From Lama guanicoe (Eukaryota): DNA of 64,000 bases. Every line of letters begins with the position of its first letter. The first letter of the stretch is position 1. Shown here piece by piece: positions 24,945-37,200 of this stretch. The notes under the pieces are model-generated. The model did no database searches. It worked only from the letters and a program-made list of their open reading frames with translations, and was not told the origin of the DNA. Where the stretch lies: positions 6,747,220-6,811,219 of the forward strand of contig MU054323.1 of the NCBI GenBank assembly GCA_013239625.1. The letters are read 5' to 3'. A program made the position numbers and the translations under genes.

Positions 24945-25279
24945 ATCTAGGTGGACTGATCAGTTCATCTTAAACCCGATATGGGAATCGTTATATCGGG
25001 AGGCAAGACACTCTTAGATTGTACTCCCGTGGACATTAGAATAGTGACAGCATGAAAGGAGGGTGCTGGGGATTTGGATGACAGTAGTGGGCTTTCTGGG
25101 CCTGTTAAATCATTAAGTGCAAACCTAAATTGTGAAAGGAAACTTTAAATGTAAACAATTTTTTTGCACATTTCTCTACTATTTTCTATTCCTATATACA
25201 TACCTGTGTCTATAGTCTCAAATGGACTTAACTCTAATTCTGCTACTCATTCATGTATTTCATAAATGTAGACTTCCTA

Positions 25280-25445
25280 AGTGTTTTAATTGGAAATGAC
25301 CTTGGAAATCATCTCCAATATCCTTATTTTACAGATAGCAAAAACTGAGTTCCTAAGACATTGTTCTATACCTGATGTCACAAAAGCAGGTTAGTGACAA
25401 ATCTTGGAAGTAAAACCCCAATTTTTTGAACTGGTTTCCTGCTAT
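25280..25445 (-). mobile_element. MIR
   Basis: ttggaaatgaccttggaaatcatct...cttattttacagatagcaaaaactgag. Confidence 0.6.
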
Positions 25446-25581
25446 CAGGCATAGAGGCATTTACATATGAAATCTATAAGGCTCTATAGGACCTCCCCCA
25501 ATATATCTGCAGCTCTAAGTAGGATTTCTTAGAAATCTAAAGAAACAAGTGAAAAGGAGAGAAGCATTAAATCTAGATTCT

Positions 25582-25614
25582 TTTTTTAAAAAATTGAAGT
25601 ATAGTCAATTTCTG
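25582..25614 (-). mobile_element. Ultra-short L1 3'-tip insertion
   Basis: ttttttaaaaaattgaagtatagtcaattt matches the L1 3' tips at 481 and 28227; flanked by att(a/g)aat(c/a)tagattct at 25566-25581 and 25615-25630. Confidence 0.7.
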
Positions 25615-28206
25615 ATTGAATATAGATTCTAATTTAACTCTGCTACTGATTAATTTGTAATTTTTAGTAAGTGAATCATTCTTTGATAAACAGAAGTAAG
25701 AATCTAGAAGATAAATTAGGCTTATAAGGATGACAGTATACTAAGTTCCAGATATTTGCTTCATTTCCTGGTAAATGAACAATTATTCAAGTAAACAGTG
25801 GTATATTCACAATCCCTGAGTAATTTGTAAGTGAAACATTGGAGAATATAGAATTTCATGTGACTGTAAGTAGGATATATAAATGTGTTTAAATGTTTTT
25901 CTCTTTCGAGCTTTACGAAATGTAATTTGTGATTTATAATAAGGTTTAATTTATGACTTTATAACTTAATGAAAAAAACTTCCTTAAGAAAATTAGATAT
26001 TGTTTAACTAAAAATACAAAAAAGGTATACATCAGAAATTGTAGCCATTTTACTTTTATATTCCTGATAGGGATATTGCCATCATAATTGGGACAGAGCC
26101 ATTTTTCCCCTTAAATCCAGTACTAGAAAGTTGCATCAGAAAATAATCATAGAATTTCTTCTTGCTGGTTCTCCAGGGACCCATTTTGAACAATAGAAAT
26201 CCTAAGAGAAGCTTGCCCAAAAATTCTATGTTGAACTACTGTGTGAGCAGATATTAGTATCCTTTTGGCTTATTCTGAGGATGATTTATAAAATCTTAAC
26301 ACCAGTATTATTTGCCTGGATTTAATTAGTCTCTAGAGAATTGTAAAACTGTTCCTTCTTTCCCTCCATGTGATAGGTCAGGCACCTCTACTTTCTTTCT
26401 CTTTACATTGGAAAACTCTTTAATTTTCTTAGTAATACAAATAATGAGCAATTTTATGTTGCAGTTTAATAGACTTAATCTTAATTATAAATTAAGATGT
26501 GATTAGACTGTGTTCAACTCTTAAAATACATGATTGCTATTTAATCTTTCAGAAATTTAAGCCATTTAGCAATTAAATATTTTGCACTTAGTTTATATTT
26601 TTATTGAAGGCCTGTCTCCAAATGGGCTGTCTAAATAAAAAGAATCACAAGAACATGTTTGTTTAAATTTGGAATTCTAAGTAAATATTTTCATTATCAT
26701 TGCTTCATTAGAATTGAGATTGACATATAATCAAAATGGTTTTGGGTATCACTTATCTGGAACTCTGATTTACCAGCATAGTTTAATTACCTGAGCTAGT
26801 AGTTTTCAGTTCTTCAAAACTATGTTTCTCTTTGATAATCATAAAAATAGTTGATTCATCTTTACTATTGTTTGAAATTTAGTTTGTTTAAAAAAAATCA
26901 AAAGATTTAAGTACAAAGTGCTACTCTGTTTTCAAACTTATTAACATATCCCCAATTTATTGAATTCTATTTAAATTTACAGAATAGAAATTTCTAACAT
27001 GAGTTCCATAGACCACTTCAGAGGGTCATTAAACTTTCCTGATACTGTATACAAAGTTTTGTCCATGTGGAAATTCTTTTAAGATGAAGCATCCAGCTTT
27101 TATTGGAATCTCAAAGCTGTCCATCACCCAAACAATGTTAAAAACCATTTTTATAGGGCTTCTGATGCATCTTACCTTCTGACAGAATATTGAAGGTAAA
27201 TTTGTTTTGCTTTCTATAGAATCCTGGAGTGACCAGCCTCCATTTTTCACAGGTGAGGAAATTGAAGCTTCTAGAAGTGACATGACTTACTTATGGATAT
27301 TAGTTATTCCTTGTTAAATTTACAGGGGACCCAGTGTGGCTCTGTGGCATCCTGATTGATTTCTTAGGGCCTTTTTAGCTTTCTGGCTTCTGCACAGAGG
27401 TGGTTGAGCTTTTAGCTTGGCAGCAGTGTATTTATATTTGAATACAAGGCTTTTATGGGTACAACAGAGATCTCTAATAATTTGCTCCAATTATTTCATG
27501 AAATATTAGCATGATACTAGTAATATAGTTTCTTAGAGGTAGTATATATGGAGGGCCCCGATAGCCCCAAAGGAAAATCTCTAAATCTCCATTAAAAAAG
27601 TACACCTTTGGCAGTGTCCATATTGAAGTGGGGTTTGGGAGCAAGGTCATAAGACTTCTGACTACAGAATTCTTAGGCCTGTGAACATTATGTTCATTTG
27701 TTTAACAGATGTTTACTTTGTGCCTGATATGGAGATAATAGGTTTATTAATTGATAAAGAATACTTGTGGTAAATTATGAGATTGTATGCATTTAATAAT
27801 ATTATCAGTTTAATTAATGTTGGAAAATGCTTTTCTTTCTAATAACTAACTCAAAGAAGAAAATATCATGCAATAATATTAACAACAATTTTTATATACT
27901 AGTTGTCAGTATGCTAATCTGATAGAGTTATGAAATATTATAAATTCTCAGACTACTGGAAATTTAGAAGATCTCCTTAAACACAAGACCCAAGCCAAAA
28001 TAAAAGAAGATTCTGTTTTAGTTACTATTTTCACTATCTGATTAAGATTTAACTGTTATTCTTAAGTTAATGATTTTTTAATGTTTAAATTTAGTGGTCA
28101 TATTTCACACTATGAACATAGATCCTAAATTTTTATATTATTTGGTAATATAAGATAGCATAGTTGCAGGTGTGAAAGGTACAGCAAATTAATTGGAAGT
28201 ATTCTT

Positions 28207-28375
28207 TTTTTTTTCATTTTTTAAGATTGAAGTATAGTCAGTTTATAATGTTGTGTCAGTTTCTGGTGTACAGCATAATGTTTCAGTCACACATGAACAT
28301 ACATGTATTCCTTTTCATTATAGGTTACTATAAGATATTGAATATAGTTCCCTGTGCTATACAGTATAGACTTGT
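28207..28375 (-). mobile_element. Short 5'-truncated L1 3' end
   Basis: ttgaagtatagtcagtttataatgttgtgtc...ttccctgtgctatacag; TSD ttggaagt(a/t)ttctt at 28193-28206 and 28376-28389. Confidence 0.9.
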
Positions 28376-29126
28376 TTGGAAGTTTTCTTATATGAACTTA
28401 AATTTTAATCACTTTTCATATATACTTAAGATGCTTTCAAAAATAAGGATTTTATTATTTAATGTACATTTCAAAAAACTAAAGAATAATCCCATTTTAC
28501 AATATTCATTTTATATACTGTGCTTCAGATTTATGAACTATGAAATTTTGTGTGTATTTTTCCAATTCCAGTTAATCAATTTGGCTTTTCAAACTGAAAC
28601 AGGATTCTTCAGTATTCTAAACCTTACTCTTAAGATTCCTCAGCCAGTTCAGTTCTTACAAAGTAACCACTCCAGAAGAATATTAATAATATGGTATTTA
28701 TGTTGTATTGATTTTCACATTCTGTGCTTTCTAAATGTTTTTGTTTTATTTCTGTATGTTTAAGGTATGTAATTGGTTTCCAAAGGTGACTATATGATGA
28801 ACAATATTTTAGTTACAGGCAATTTACATTCAGTTGATACAGAAACCTCAGTTATGTGTCCCTCCGCTACGCTCCCATGAATAATATCTTGAGCTTATTA
28901 CCTTATGATCTTTATTACATTATTTTAATTGTTTCTTTCTTCAGCTAAACCTCTCCTGCCCCCAGGTCCTTGAGGATAGGGGTCTAGATCAACTTTGAAT
29001 TTTCGGAATGTAGCACACAGCAGGCACCCATGTATTTTTTTAACTGAATAAATTGATTGAGGGGCAGGAGAGACCTATCTTTGTGTCCCCTTTAGTCACC
29101 AAACAAGACATTAAACTCTGGGGTAC

Positions 29127-29580
29127 TGTATTTCTCTATAGAGAAACAGAATCCATAGGGTGTGTGTGTGTGTGTGTGTGTGTATTAGAGAGAGAGATTG
29201 ATTGAATGATTGATTGATTGAATGATTGAATGACTTCACGGCATTGGCTCACAAAGTTATGGTGTCTGGCAAGTCTGAAATTTGCAGAGTTGGCTGGCAG
29301 GGTGGAGACCTGGGGAAGAGTTGAGTGTAGCTCAAGTCTGAAAGCAGTCTACAGGCAGAATTACCTCTTCCTTGGGGGACTTCAGTCTTTTTTCTCTTAA
29401 GACCTTCAACTTATTAGATGAGGCTTACCCATTATCCTTATGGAGGATAATCTGCTTTATTCAAAGTCTACTGATGTAAATGTTATAATCTCATCAAAAA
29501 CCAAAAAAACACCCTTCATAGCAAATCTATATCTGGGCATTGTGAATTAGCCAAGGTGACACATAAAATTAACCATCACA
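29127..29580 (-). mobile_element. MLT2-type (ERVL) solo LTR containing (TG)n, (AG)n and (GATT/GAAT)n microsatellites
   Basis: Minus strand starts TGTGATGGTTAATTTTATGTGTCA and ends ...TACA; perfect 5-bp TSD ggtac at 29122-29126 and 29581-29585. Confidence 0.9.
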
Positions 29581-32500
29581 GGTACCAAGTAAGTAAATTA
29601 ATTTCAGTGAGGAAAAAAGATTCAGATTCCTTAGTATTTTCATAAATGATATTAGCTATATAAAAACTGAAATTAGTTTAATAAGAAATTGAAATTAGTA
29701 TAAAGAATATTAACAAGTTTAAATTAAAAAGAAACATGCATGGCTATGGCCGGGGATATATTTGTATAATAGAATTTTGTATTTAAGTGCAGCATGGGAA
29801 AACAAAGCATATGAACAAGTATTAAATAATATGTAAATTAGAAAAATCAGGGAGCAGTGATCAGAATAGGGTGAAAGACACATATTCTTAATGTGAATTT
29901 TGATCAAATTTTGAAGAAAATGTACATGCTATGCATATATATGAGGATGGGGGATAATCCCAATAAGTAGAACACCATAGCCTTATGAGAGTAGTGAAGA
30001 AGGAAAGACAGGGAAAAACTGAAGTAAGGCATTGAATATACTTTTTACACTTGTTTAGCTATGCAGTTAAAAAAAACACAGAGTTAATTAGGAGGGAAGT
30101 GACTAAATAAAAACAAAAGATACTGTTCTGCATGAAAAATGAGTTAGAGTGGTTTCCAGGTTCAAGCACAGAAGATGAGAATGTGAACAAAAATTTATAA
30201 ATAGAAAGAATCTAAATCTCTTAGAGATTGATGAGGGAATGGACAGAACTTTGTGATTTAATGTTGGAGACAAATATGAGGGAGATATACTAATTTTGTC
30301 TAAATTGTCAGTCTGGTGCTATAAGAATGATGCTAATTTTGACAGTGATGTGGAAATACAGAAAGTGGGCAGTTAGAATTTGATGACTGGTTTACACATA
30401 TGACTCAACAGATACTCAATAGAATTAATGTTACTATATCATTGTACTATAAAATTCCACTATTCTACTCTGAGGCATAAAATATAGTATCTTCTTATTA
30501 TGGAATTTTATTCTACTTGGTGAAACCAACATACTTTTATTATAAACTTTATAGGGTGAAATTTAATATTCGAAGATAACAGATGTCGGATTACTGGTAA
30601 ATCATCTCTAACCATCAAATGTATAGTTAGTACCTACTGTGATAAAGACAGTGAAAACTGCAAGTTCAAAGTGGGAAGGTACTAAAGACTATTTCCTGGG
30701 AAGAACTTATGGCGGATGTCAAATTTAAGCTCTTATAGATAGGACTTCAAATGTTTTACGTAGTGGGGCTACTGGGGCAAGCACAGAGCCCCACAAATAG
30801 GAGGCTTAGCTATGGTTAAAATGTACTACATGTTTTAAAATAAAACTTTGTTAATATCTTATAACTTACACACAGCCCTTTTTATCTGCTTATTATTTAT
30901 GATTAATCATTTTTATATGCCTTACAGCTTTAGGTTCAGTTAGTTGTATAATTTACCTTTCTTCTCTCACCCCCCATTCTCTTTTTTGGTCTATCAGTCT
31001 TAAAAATCCAACAAAGTATTGGTTACTTCTTGAGGATAACATTGAGATTATCTGCTATTTCCCTTTCGTCATTTTTCATTTTGTCATCAAACAGTATGTG
31101 CCTTTGTTTTCATTTGCCCCATAGTCTTAAGAGTGGCATTAATTGGGATGTTCTTGCGCCAGATATTGCTACTGTTGTAGCTGAGCCTGCCTTTTCTTGC
31201 TTCCTTTCTGGATAACAGATTCTTTCAGTGATGGTGGTTCCTCCTATATCTGCCTCTCAAGCCACATTTTAATTTCTGTTCTCCAACCCTTATTGCTTCT
31301 TACTTTTATTACTCCCATGGTAAATCTCTTCTTTGGATTGCATTTATGACACTTTTTATGATATGCATAGAATCTGAATTACTGAAATTAGACTGTTTAT
31401 TTTCTGTACCTCAGGTAATATTGAGTACCTCCATTTTCATCAGATCAGACTGATTTTCTTTCCAAGTAGTCTATGTTTTCAAGATTTCAGTACAAATTAT
31501 CATCTTACAATGCAGAAGTAATATATGGTATTATTAAGGTTTGTTGCAAAGTTACCAGAGAATGGAATATTTAAAATATCATTCAGTTTACATGGAAAGC
31601 TTTCCATGATTCTGTAGTTTCAGTATTTACAAAGGAATACTGTTTGTTTATACTCAGTCAGTGAAGCTGCATTTTAAACAAAAGGAGAAAAGGGTTTAAT
31701 AGCTCCTGAACATCCTAATCCCACTTCTTCCCCTGACAGTTTTATTAATTGGGATTCCTCTAGAGATCATTCTTTGGAAAACAATTCCTCCTTCCTCCCA
31801 TGTTTACCCAAGAGGTCAGAATACAAGTATTTCTTCCTTTGCATGTATTTTAATCTTGCTTGGAATTATTATGTCTTCCCCCCTTAATTGTTCATTGTTA
31901 CTACTTCTGTAGTTTCAAAAAATACCCACCATAATTAAAATTCAGGGAGAGCACTGAGACTTCAACATAGCTGTCAGTTGTTTATTAATTACAATTCTTG
32001 AAATGGTCGTGTGGTTGGGGAAGAATAGGAACAAGTAATTGGATGGTTAACTGGTAAAGGTTTTTAATAAACTCTAGTTCTTTGCTACATTTATATAATA
32101 ACTAGTAGTTTCTTGAATAGTAGCTCTCTAGGTAGTCAAGACAATATATTTTGGTTAAAAAATAAGGAAGTAATTGAATATTTGAAATATTTAAGTTATT
32201 CTCCATAAAACACTGTTCTAGAATCTCCTTAATCCATTTAATAAAAATTTATTGCCCTCCATTAAATAATAGATGTAAAAATATTGTTTAGTATGTTAAT
32301 ATGAACTAAGCAATAGTATGTACACTAACCTAAGTAGTGGAATTTTTCCAGTACAGTGGAAACTCCCTGTGTAAGCCTTTCTCAACACATCCCTCTTTCT
32401 GTCTTTCCCCAGGTGTAAACACTATGCTGAATTCTGTGACTGTTATTTTTTTAATTAAAAAGTTTTCCTGCACATGTAGCTATGCCTAGATAATTATTGA

Positions 32501-32810
32501 TTTTTTTTTGAACTTTATAAAAAATGGTATGTTGAATGTGTTCTTAAGACCTACTTTCAGGTTTCTAAGATTCATTTACATTGTTCTGCACAACGTTTAT
32601 TTTCAAGGCTATGAATATGTGAAGATTTGTCTTATTGTTGATTGACACACTTGTTTTGTTTTTTCTATTATCAACAATACTGCAATGAGTATTCTAATAC
32701 ATGTCTTGTGGTATACCTGTGCAAAAGCTTCTCTACCTAGGACTAGAATTGCTGAGTCATAGGGTATGTGCACATTCAATTTAAGTGCTAAATTATTTTC
32801 TAGTTTGGTT

Positions 32811-33010
32811 TGTGGCATAGGGTGGCTAGATGTACACTAAAAATTTTCTCTTCTTCCTGCGTAGAGTTAGGTTGTATTTTCCGCCTCCCTTGCATTAGGT
32901 ATGTATACTTAATATGACTTCTAGTCAGTAGAGTGTGAGTAGAAGTAATGTAATGTTCAGGTTTGGCCCACAAAATCTGCCATGTATGATCACCCAGTTT
33001 CTCTTTTCCC
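32811..33010 (+). mobile_element. MLT1 (MaLR) LTR fragment, MLT1J-like
   Basis: ttttccgcctcccttgcattaggt...gacttctagtcagtagagtgtgagtagaagtaatgt...tggcccacaaaa. Confidence 0.6.
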
Positions 33011-33562
33011 ATCTTCTGGCCAAGTTTTGTTTCTTCCATACCAATATCTTCACTCCCCTCTACTTCCCACCCGGTTTTGTATACTGGGCTGGACAGACCT
33101 ATACAAGTTGGATGGAGGTGGTGATTAATCAGTGTCCTTGTCTTGTTTCTCATTTTAAAGTGTATGCTTCAACTGTTTCACAGTTATTTACAGTATTTTC
33201 TGTGCTCTCTACGTGTCCTTTATAAAGTAGGGAGGTTCTTAAAAATCTTAAAGATTTTTCTAAAAATTTTATCAAGAATATTGAATTTAATCAGATGTTT
33301 TACCAGTAACTAGTAAAATGATCATTTGGATTTTCTCCTTTTATCTTTTAATTTTGTAAATAATATTTATATCTTTATAATGTTAAATCAAACTTGTATT
33401 CCCAGCATAAGCTCAGGTACATAAATCTTTCATTCATCACTGTATTCAGTTTATTAATGTAGGTATCTTTGACTATCTACACTTTTTGGGCATTCTTAGT
33501 TTGAATATAGTAAGAGTATAACAGATATAAATAAGGACTTAGTAAGGATATAATGACTATTT

Positions 33563-34040
33563 CAGAGATTCCCAAAATTTCCCAGTTCATAGTGCCCCTA
33601 GGTCAAAAAAATACCTAATTGCTACATTTATTGCTAGGTTCAAACAACTTTTAATAATATTTATGTCCTAACAACTTAGTAGCTGTTTGAAAAAATAATA
33701 TGCATAAATTTAAAGAAAAAGTAATATTTTAATTTTATTTTTAAATAAGCTCAGTTTACTAATGAGATGTGTGCATCTGAGAGTATTGCATAACTTTTTG
33801 AATCCTGGACTCAGATTGGGCACTGCCACCCTCATTTCTTGTTCCATGTTGATTTCCACACTTTGCTTGCTTTTTATCACAGCAACTGCCATAAACTCAG
33901 ATTCACAAAGATCAGAGATCATCAGAAGGAATGCAGTGTGATTTGTTATTGAAACTGTGAAACAGTATATGTGACGTCTGACAGACATATATTGCTGTTT
34001 CCCTCAAATTGAAAGCACCCTGTGGCACCCCTGGGAGTTT
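33563..34040 (-). mobile_element. hAT-Charlie/Buster deletion derivative with transposase C-terminal remnant
   Basis: ORF 33710-33988 contains LCESEFMAVAVIKSKQSVEINMEQEMRVAVPNLSPGFKKLC, like the hAT dimerisation tail (YLCESGFS...IKSK...NVE.EMRVA.S...P.F..LC); TIR-like cagagattcccaaa at the left. Confidence 0.8.
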
Positions 34041-34671
34041 CCTAAGTCTTGGAGAGGGAATAGTTAGTATATGGGCATCAAAGGACACTGCATCTTTTTT
34101 TTCCTATTTGATACATTTTATAAACTAATAAGGTGAGTTGGAATAACAAAGGATATCAGCACTGTCTTTATTAAAATTTACTGTATTAATTCATTGCCTG
34201 TGCTGAGATTTGGATTGTGAGAGATACCTCTATTTTATTTCAACTTTTGTACCAATATTCAAAAGTGAGATTTACATGTTACTTCCTTTTTTAATACTGT
34301 TTGGTTGTGGTACTAAGTTTATACTGGCCTCATAGAGTGAATTTTCTTTCAGGAAAACTTTAATAAAACTCAACTGTTTGCTTAATGAGAAGATTTTTTT
34401 AAATTATTATGATTGAATTTTATTTTCTTTGTTTATCTGTATTTTCTTGTTTTTCATAATATAACACACCTTGAAGACCAGTCTTACACCAAGAACACAA
34501 AACCAAGTTTGTATATGGAGTGAATTCTAAGTAGTTTGATCACTCAGTCCCCAAATATTATACTTTTAAACAAAACTGACTGACTCATGGTTTTGGAGAA
34601 AATTTTTAACTATTGATTTAGTCTCCTTGATGTAGGATTATTAACTCTTTTTATATCTGTCTGAGTTAGTT

Positions 34672-35150
34672 TAAAAAAAAAACTTGTTGAATAATTTTAG
34701 ACTTACAGAAAAGTTGCAAAAACAGGATATTGAGCTCTAGAATGCCCCTCACCTCCCCCACCCTATATTAACATCCTGCATTACTGTGGTACATTTTGTC
34801 AAAGATAAGACATTGACATTGTCTTATTAAACTCCAGACTTTTTTGATTTTAACAGTTTTTTCATTAATATCCTTGTTTGGTACAGAGTTCAACCCAGAG
34901 TATCACACTGTATTTAATTGTCATGTCTCGCCAGTCTCCGCTAGTCCGTGACACTTCCTTAGCTTTCCCTTGTTTTCATGACCTTCACAGCCTTGAGGAG
35001 TACTGACCAGGTATGCTATAGAATGTCCCCCATCTGAGTTTGTCTCATGTTTTTCTCATGATCAGACAGGAGTTATGAAAGGAATACCATGGAGGGGAAG
35101 CACCCTTCTCATCATACCATTTCAGTGGGTACATGATATTCAGCACATCA
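34672..35150 (-). mobile_element. L1MC-like 3' end
   Basis: ataattttagacttacagaaaagttgcaaaaa...ttttcatgaccttcacagccttgaggagtactgaccagg. Confidence 0.75.
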
Positions 35151-36589
35151 CTGTGTTTATCATTCTCTTTCTTGTGTTTGTTTTCCATTTCATTAGCTTA
35201 TACTTTAATATTTATCTCTTTTTTAACCTTTTTTTTAGATAAGGAGAGTTTTTTTTTAGTTAAACATTTAGCTCATTATTTTTCATTCTTCCTAATAAAA
35301 GCATTTGTGGGAATACATTCTCTAAGTATTGCTTTCACATTTTATAATTTTGAAATGTAGTATTTTCATTACTGTTTCATTCTTAGTTTTAATTTTTTTT
35401 CTGTAATTTTTTCTTGAGTTGTGAGTTATTTAGAGGTGAAGTTCAAAATTTTCAAATGTATGGCAATTCTATGCTTATTTTCTTCTTGACTTTTACTGCA
35501 TTGCATTGTGATCAGAGAATGTAGTCTTTCTGGTAGTGATTGTCCCATTCTCTCTTCCATGTCTCCTTACCTCTCATATTTTTCATTTCTCTGTGACTGT
35601 ATAGGCTGCTATAATTTTGTCATTTGTGTCTTACAGGTTACTGACTCTGTTCAGTGTATTTTAGTTACTTAACATTGTGATTTTATTTTTGTTTTTCAGT
35701 TCTCTCAGTTGTATTTGACTCTCTTTCAGATTTGCCTGTTCATTTTTTATATTCTGTTAGACCTTACTGATGTTTTCAACTCACTCATCTATTCCCCTTT
35801 TTTATTAAACATATTTGATGTTCTATATTTGATGCTTATAATATATGAAAATTTACAGGATATTTTTGCAACAAATTTTATTGTTTATTTTTGTTGGGTT
35901 TTTGTGATAGTGTCTTGTTTACTTGTGTGTTTTGTGATTTTCTTTCTGAATTGTGAACTCATTTTGTTTTGGAACCCTCTGTAATTGTGGGAATTCTTTT
36001 CAGTTTGAGTTCAGGGTACTTTCTCTAGAGGGGATTTTTATTTCCTTCTGCTATGTATGTGCTTGGAGTTGGGGGTCTGTGAACATGGATTTTAACTTAA
36101 AATTCTCACTTTTAGTTTTTAAGAACATCCACATAATATAATTGACTCAGGCACAAATTCTCATGTGTTTGCTAAAACTGAGGTAGATTTTCCTTGTTAT
36201 TTGTCTTTAAGGTGTTTTTAATGTTTGAATTCTTTCATTTCCTGGGTTGTTGTTTTTCTTGGGCTTTAACTTTGTCTGATGGTCTCTGTTCTGACTTAGA
36301 AGGCCTCAGCCTTTTTCCTTGGTCACACCCACTCCTAGATTACCAGGAGTATCTGGCAGCTTCACTGCTTGCTTTTCTATCCGCTCTCTTAATTTGTTTT
36401 CATTCTTGACATTAGTGGTTTCCCCTTGCATCCATTATGATGTATCTGACACTGGAGATTGGATTTTTTTCCCACTTTTTACATCTTATTGAACAATTTT
36501 ACATGCTATGTAGCAGAAATATTTTATGATCTATAGTTTAGCTTATCTCAAGGTATGGAAATCCTCTTAGAACATTTTCAAAAGAATGA

Positions 36590-36702
36590 TTTATAGAGCC
36601 CAACCAGACTCACAAACTAGAAACTCCAGGGTACAAGGCCTGTAGGTATTGTAAAAAGCTTTTTAGATAATTCTGATACACTACAAGGTTTGAGAACCAC
36701 TG
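36590..36702. mobile_element. MER5-like hAT MITE fragment
   Basis: aaaagctttttagataattctgatacac...ggtttgagaaccactg terminus. Confidence 0.6.
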
Positions 36703-36759
36703 GTGTAGAAAAAGTTGACAGTTTCTTTGTGTACACTTAAATAATTAGACATCAATAGC

Positions 36760-37200
36760 TAATGCTTATTGAAGATAAGGTAGCATACATAAGTAGCATG
36801 CAATAACCCTAGCTATTAGTATTTTTATGTTCTGGGCTCTAGTCTAAATCCTTCACATATGTTGTCATTTATTCTTGAAAACAACCCTGTAGTGACTGTT
36901 ACCATCCCCATATTATAAATGAGCAAATAAAAGCACAGAGAAATTATAAGTTATCTAAAGACTGCACAGCCAGTAGGTAGCACAATTGATATTTGAATGC
37001 AGGTAGTCAGTCTGTCAAAGAAAGCCTTGATCTACAGTGAGATAGGCATGACTCTACACAACTGCTTACGGTGTAGCTGTAAGAAAGTAATTTGTCTTTT
37101 CTGAGCTTTTATTTTCTTATTGGTAAAGGAGGATAATTATTTTTACTTCACAAAGATTTTGAAGAAACAAAATCAAGTAGAACCTGTAATATATTGCTTG
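36760..37200. mobile_element. Adjacent MIR fragments in opposite orientations
   Basis: acaaccctgtag...ccccatattataaatgagcaaataaagcacagaga (minus) and ttctgagcttttattttcttattggtaaaggaggataat (plus). Confidence 0.55.

Larger units (their letters stand above)
32350..36560 (-). mobile_element. Fragmented old L1 (L1ME-like) with several nested insertions
   Basis: cctaggactagaattgctgagtcatagggtatgtgcacattcaattt, tttatactggcctcatagagtga and ttgtgatcagagaatgtagtct motifs. Confidence 0.5.

Noticed and set aside
28227..28763. 178-aa ORF (also 14503-14970 and 60898-61416)
   Set aside because: Hydrophobic low-information peptides running through L1/L2 remnants and T-rich DNA; no splice or domain support.
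31000..31620. Minus-strand stretch with a DDKMKNDEREIADNLN-like peptide, faintly LINE-like
   Set aside because: Similarity too weak to assign without an HMM search.
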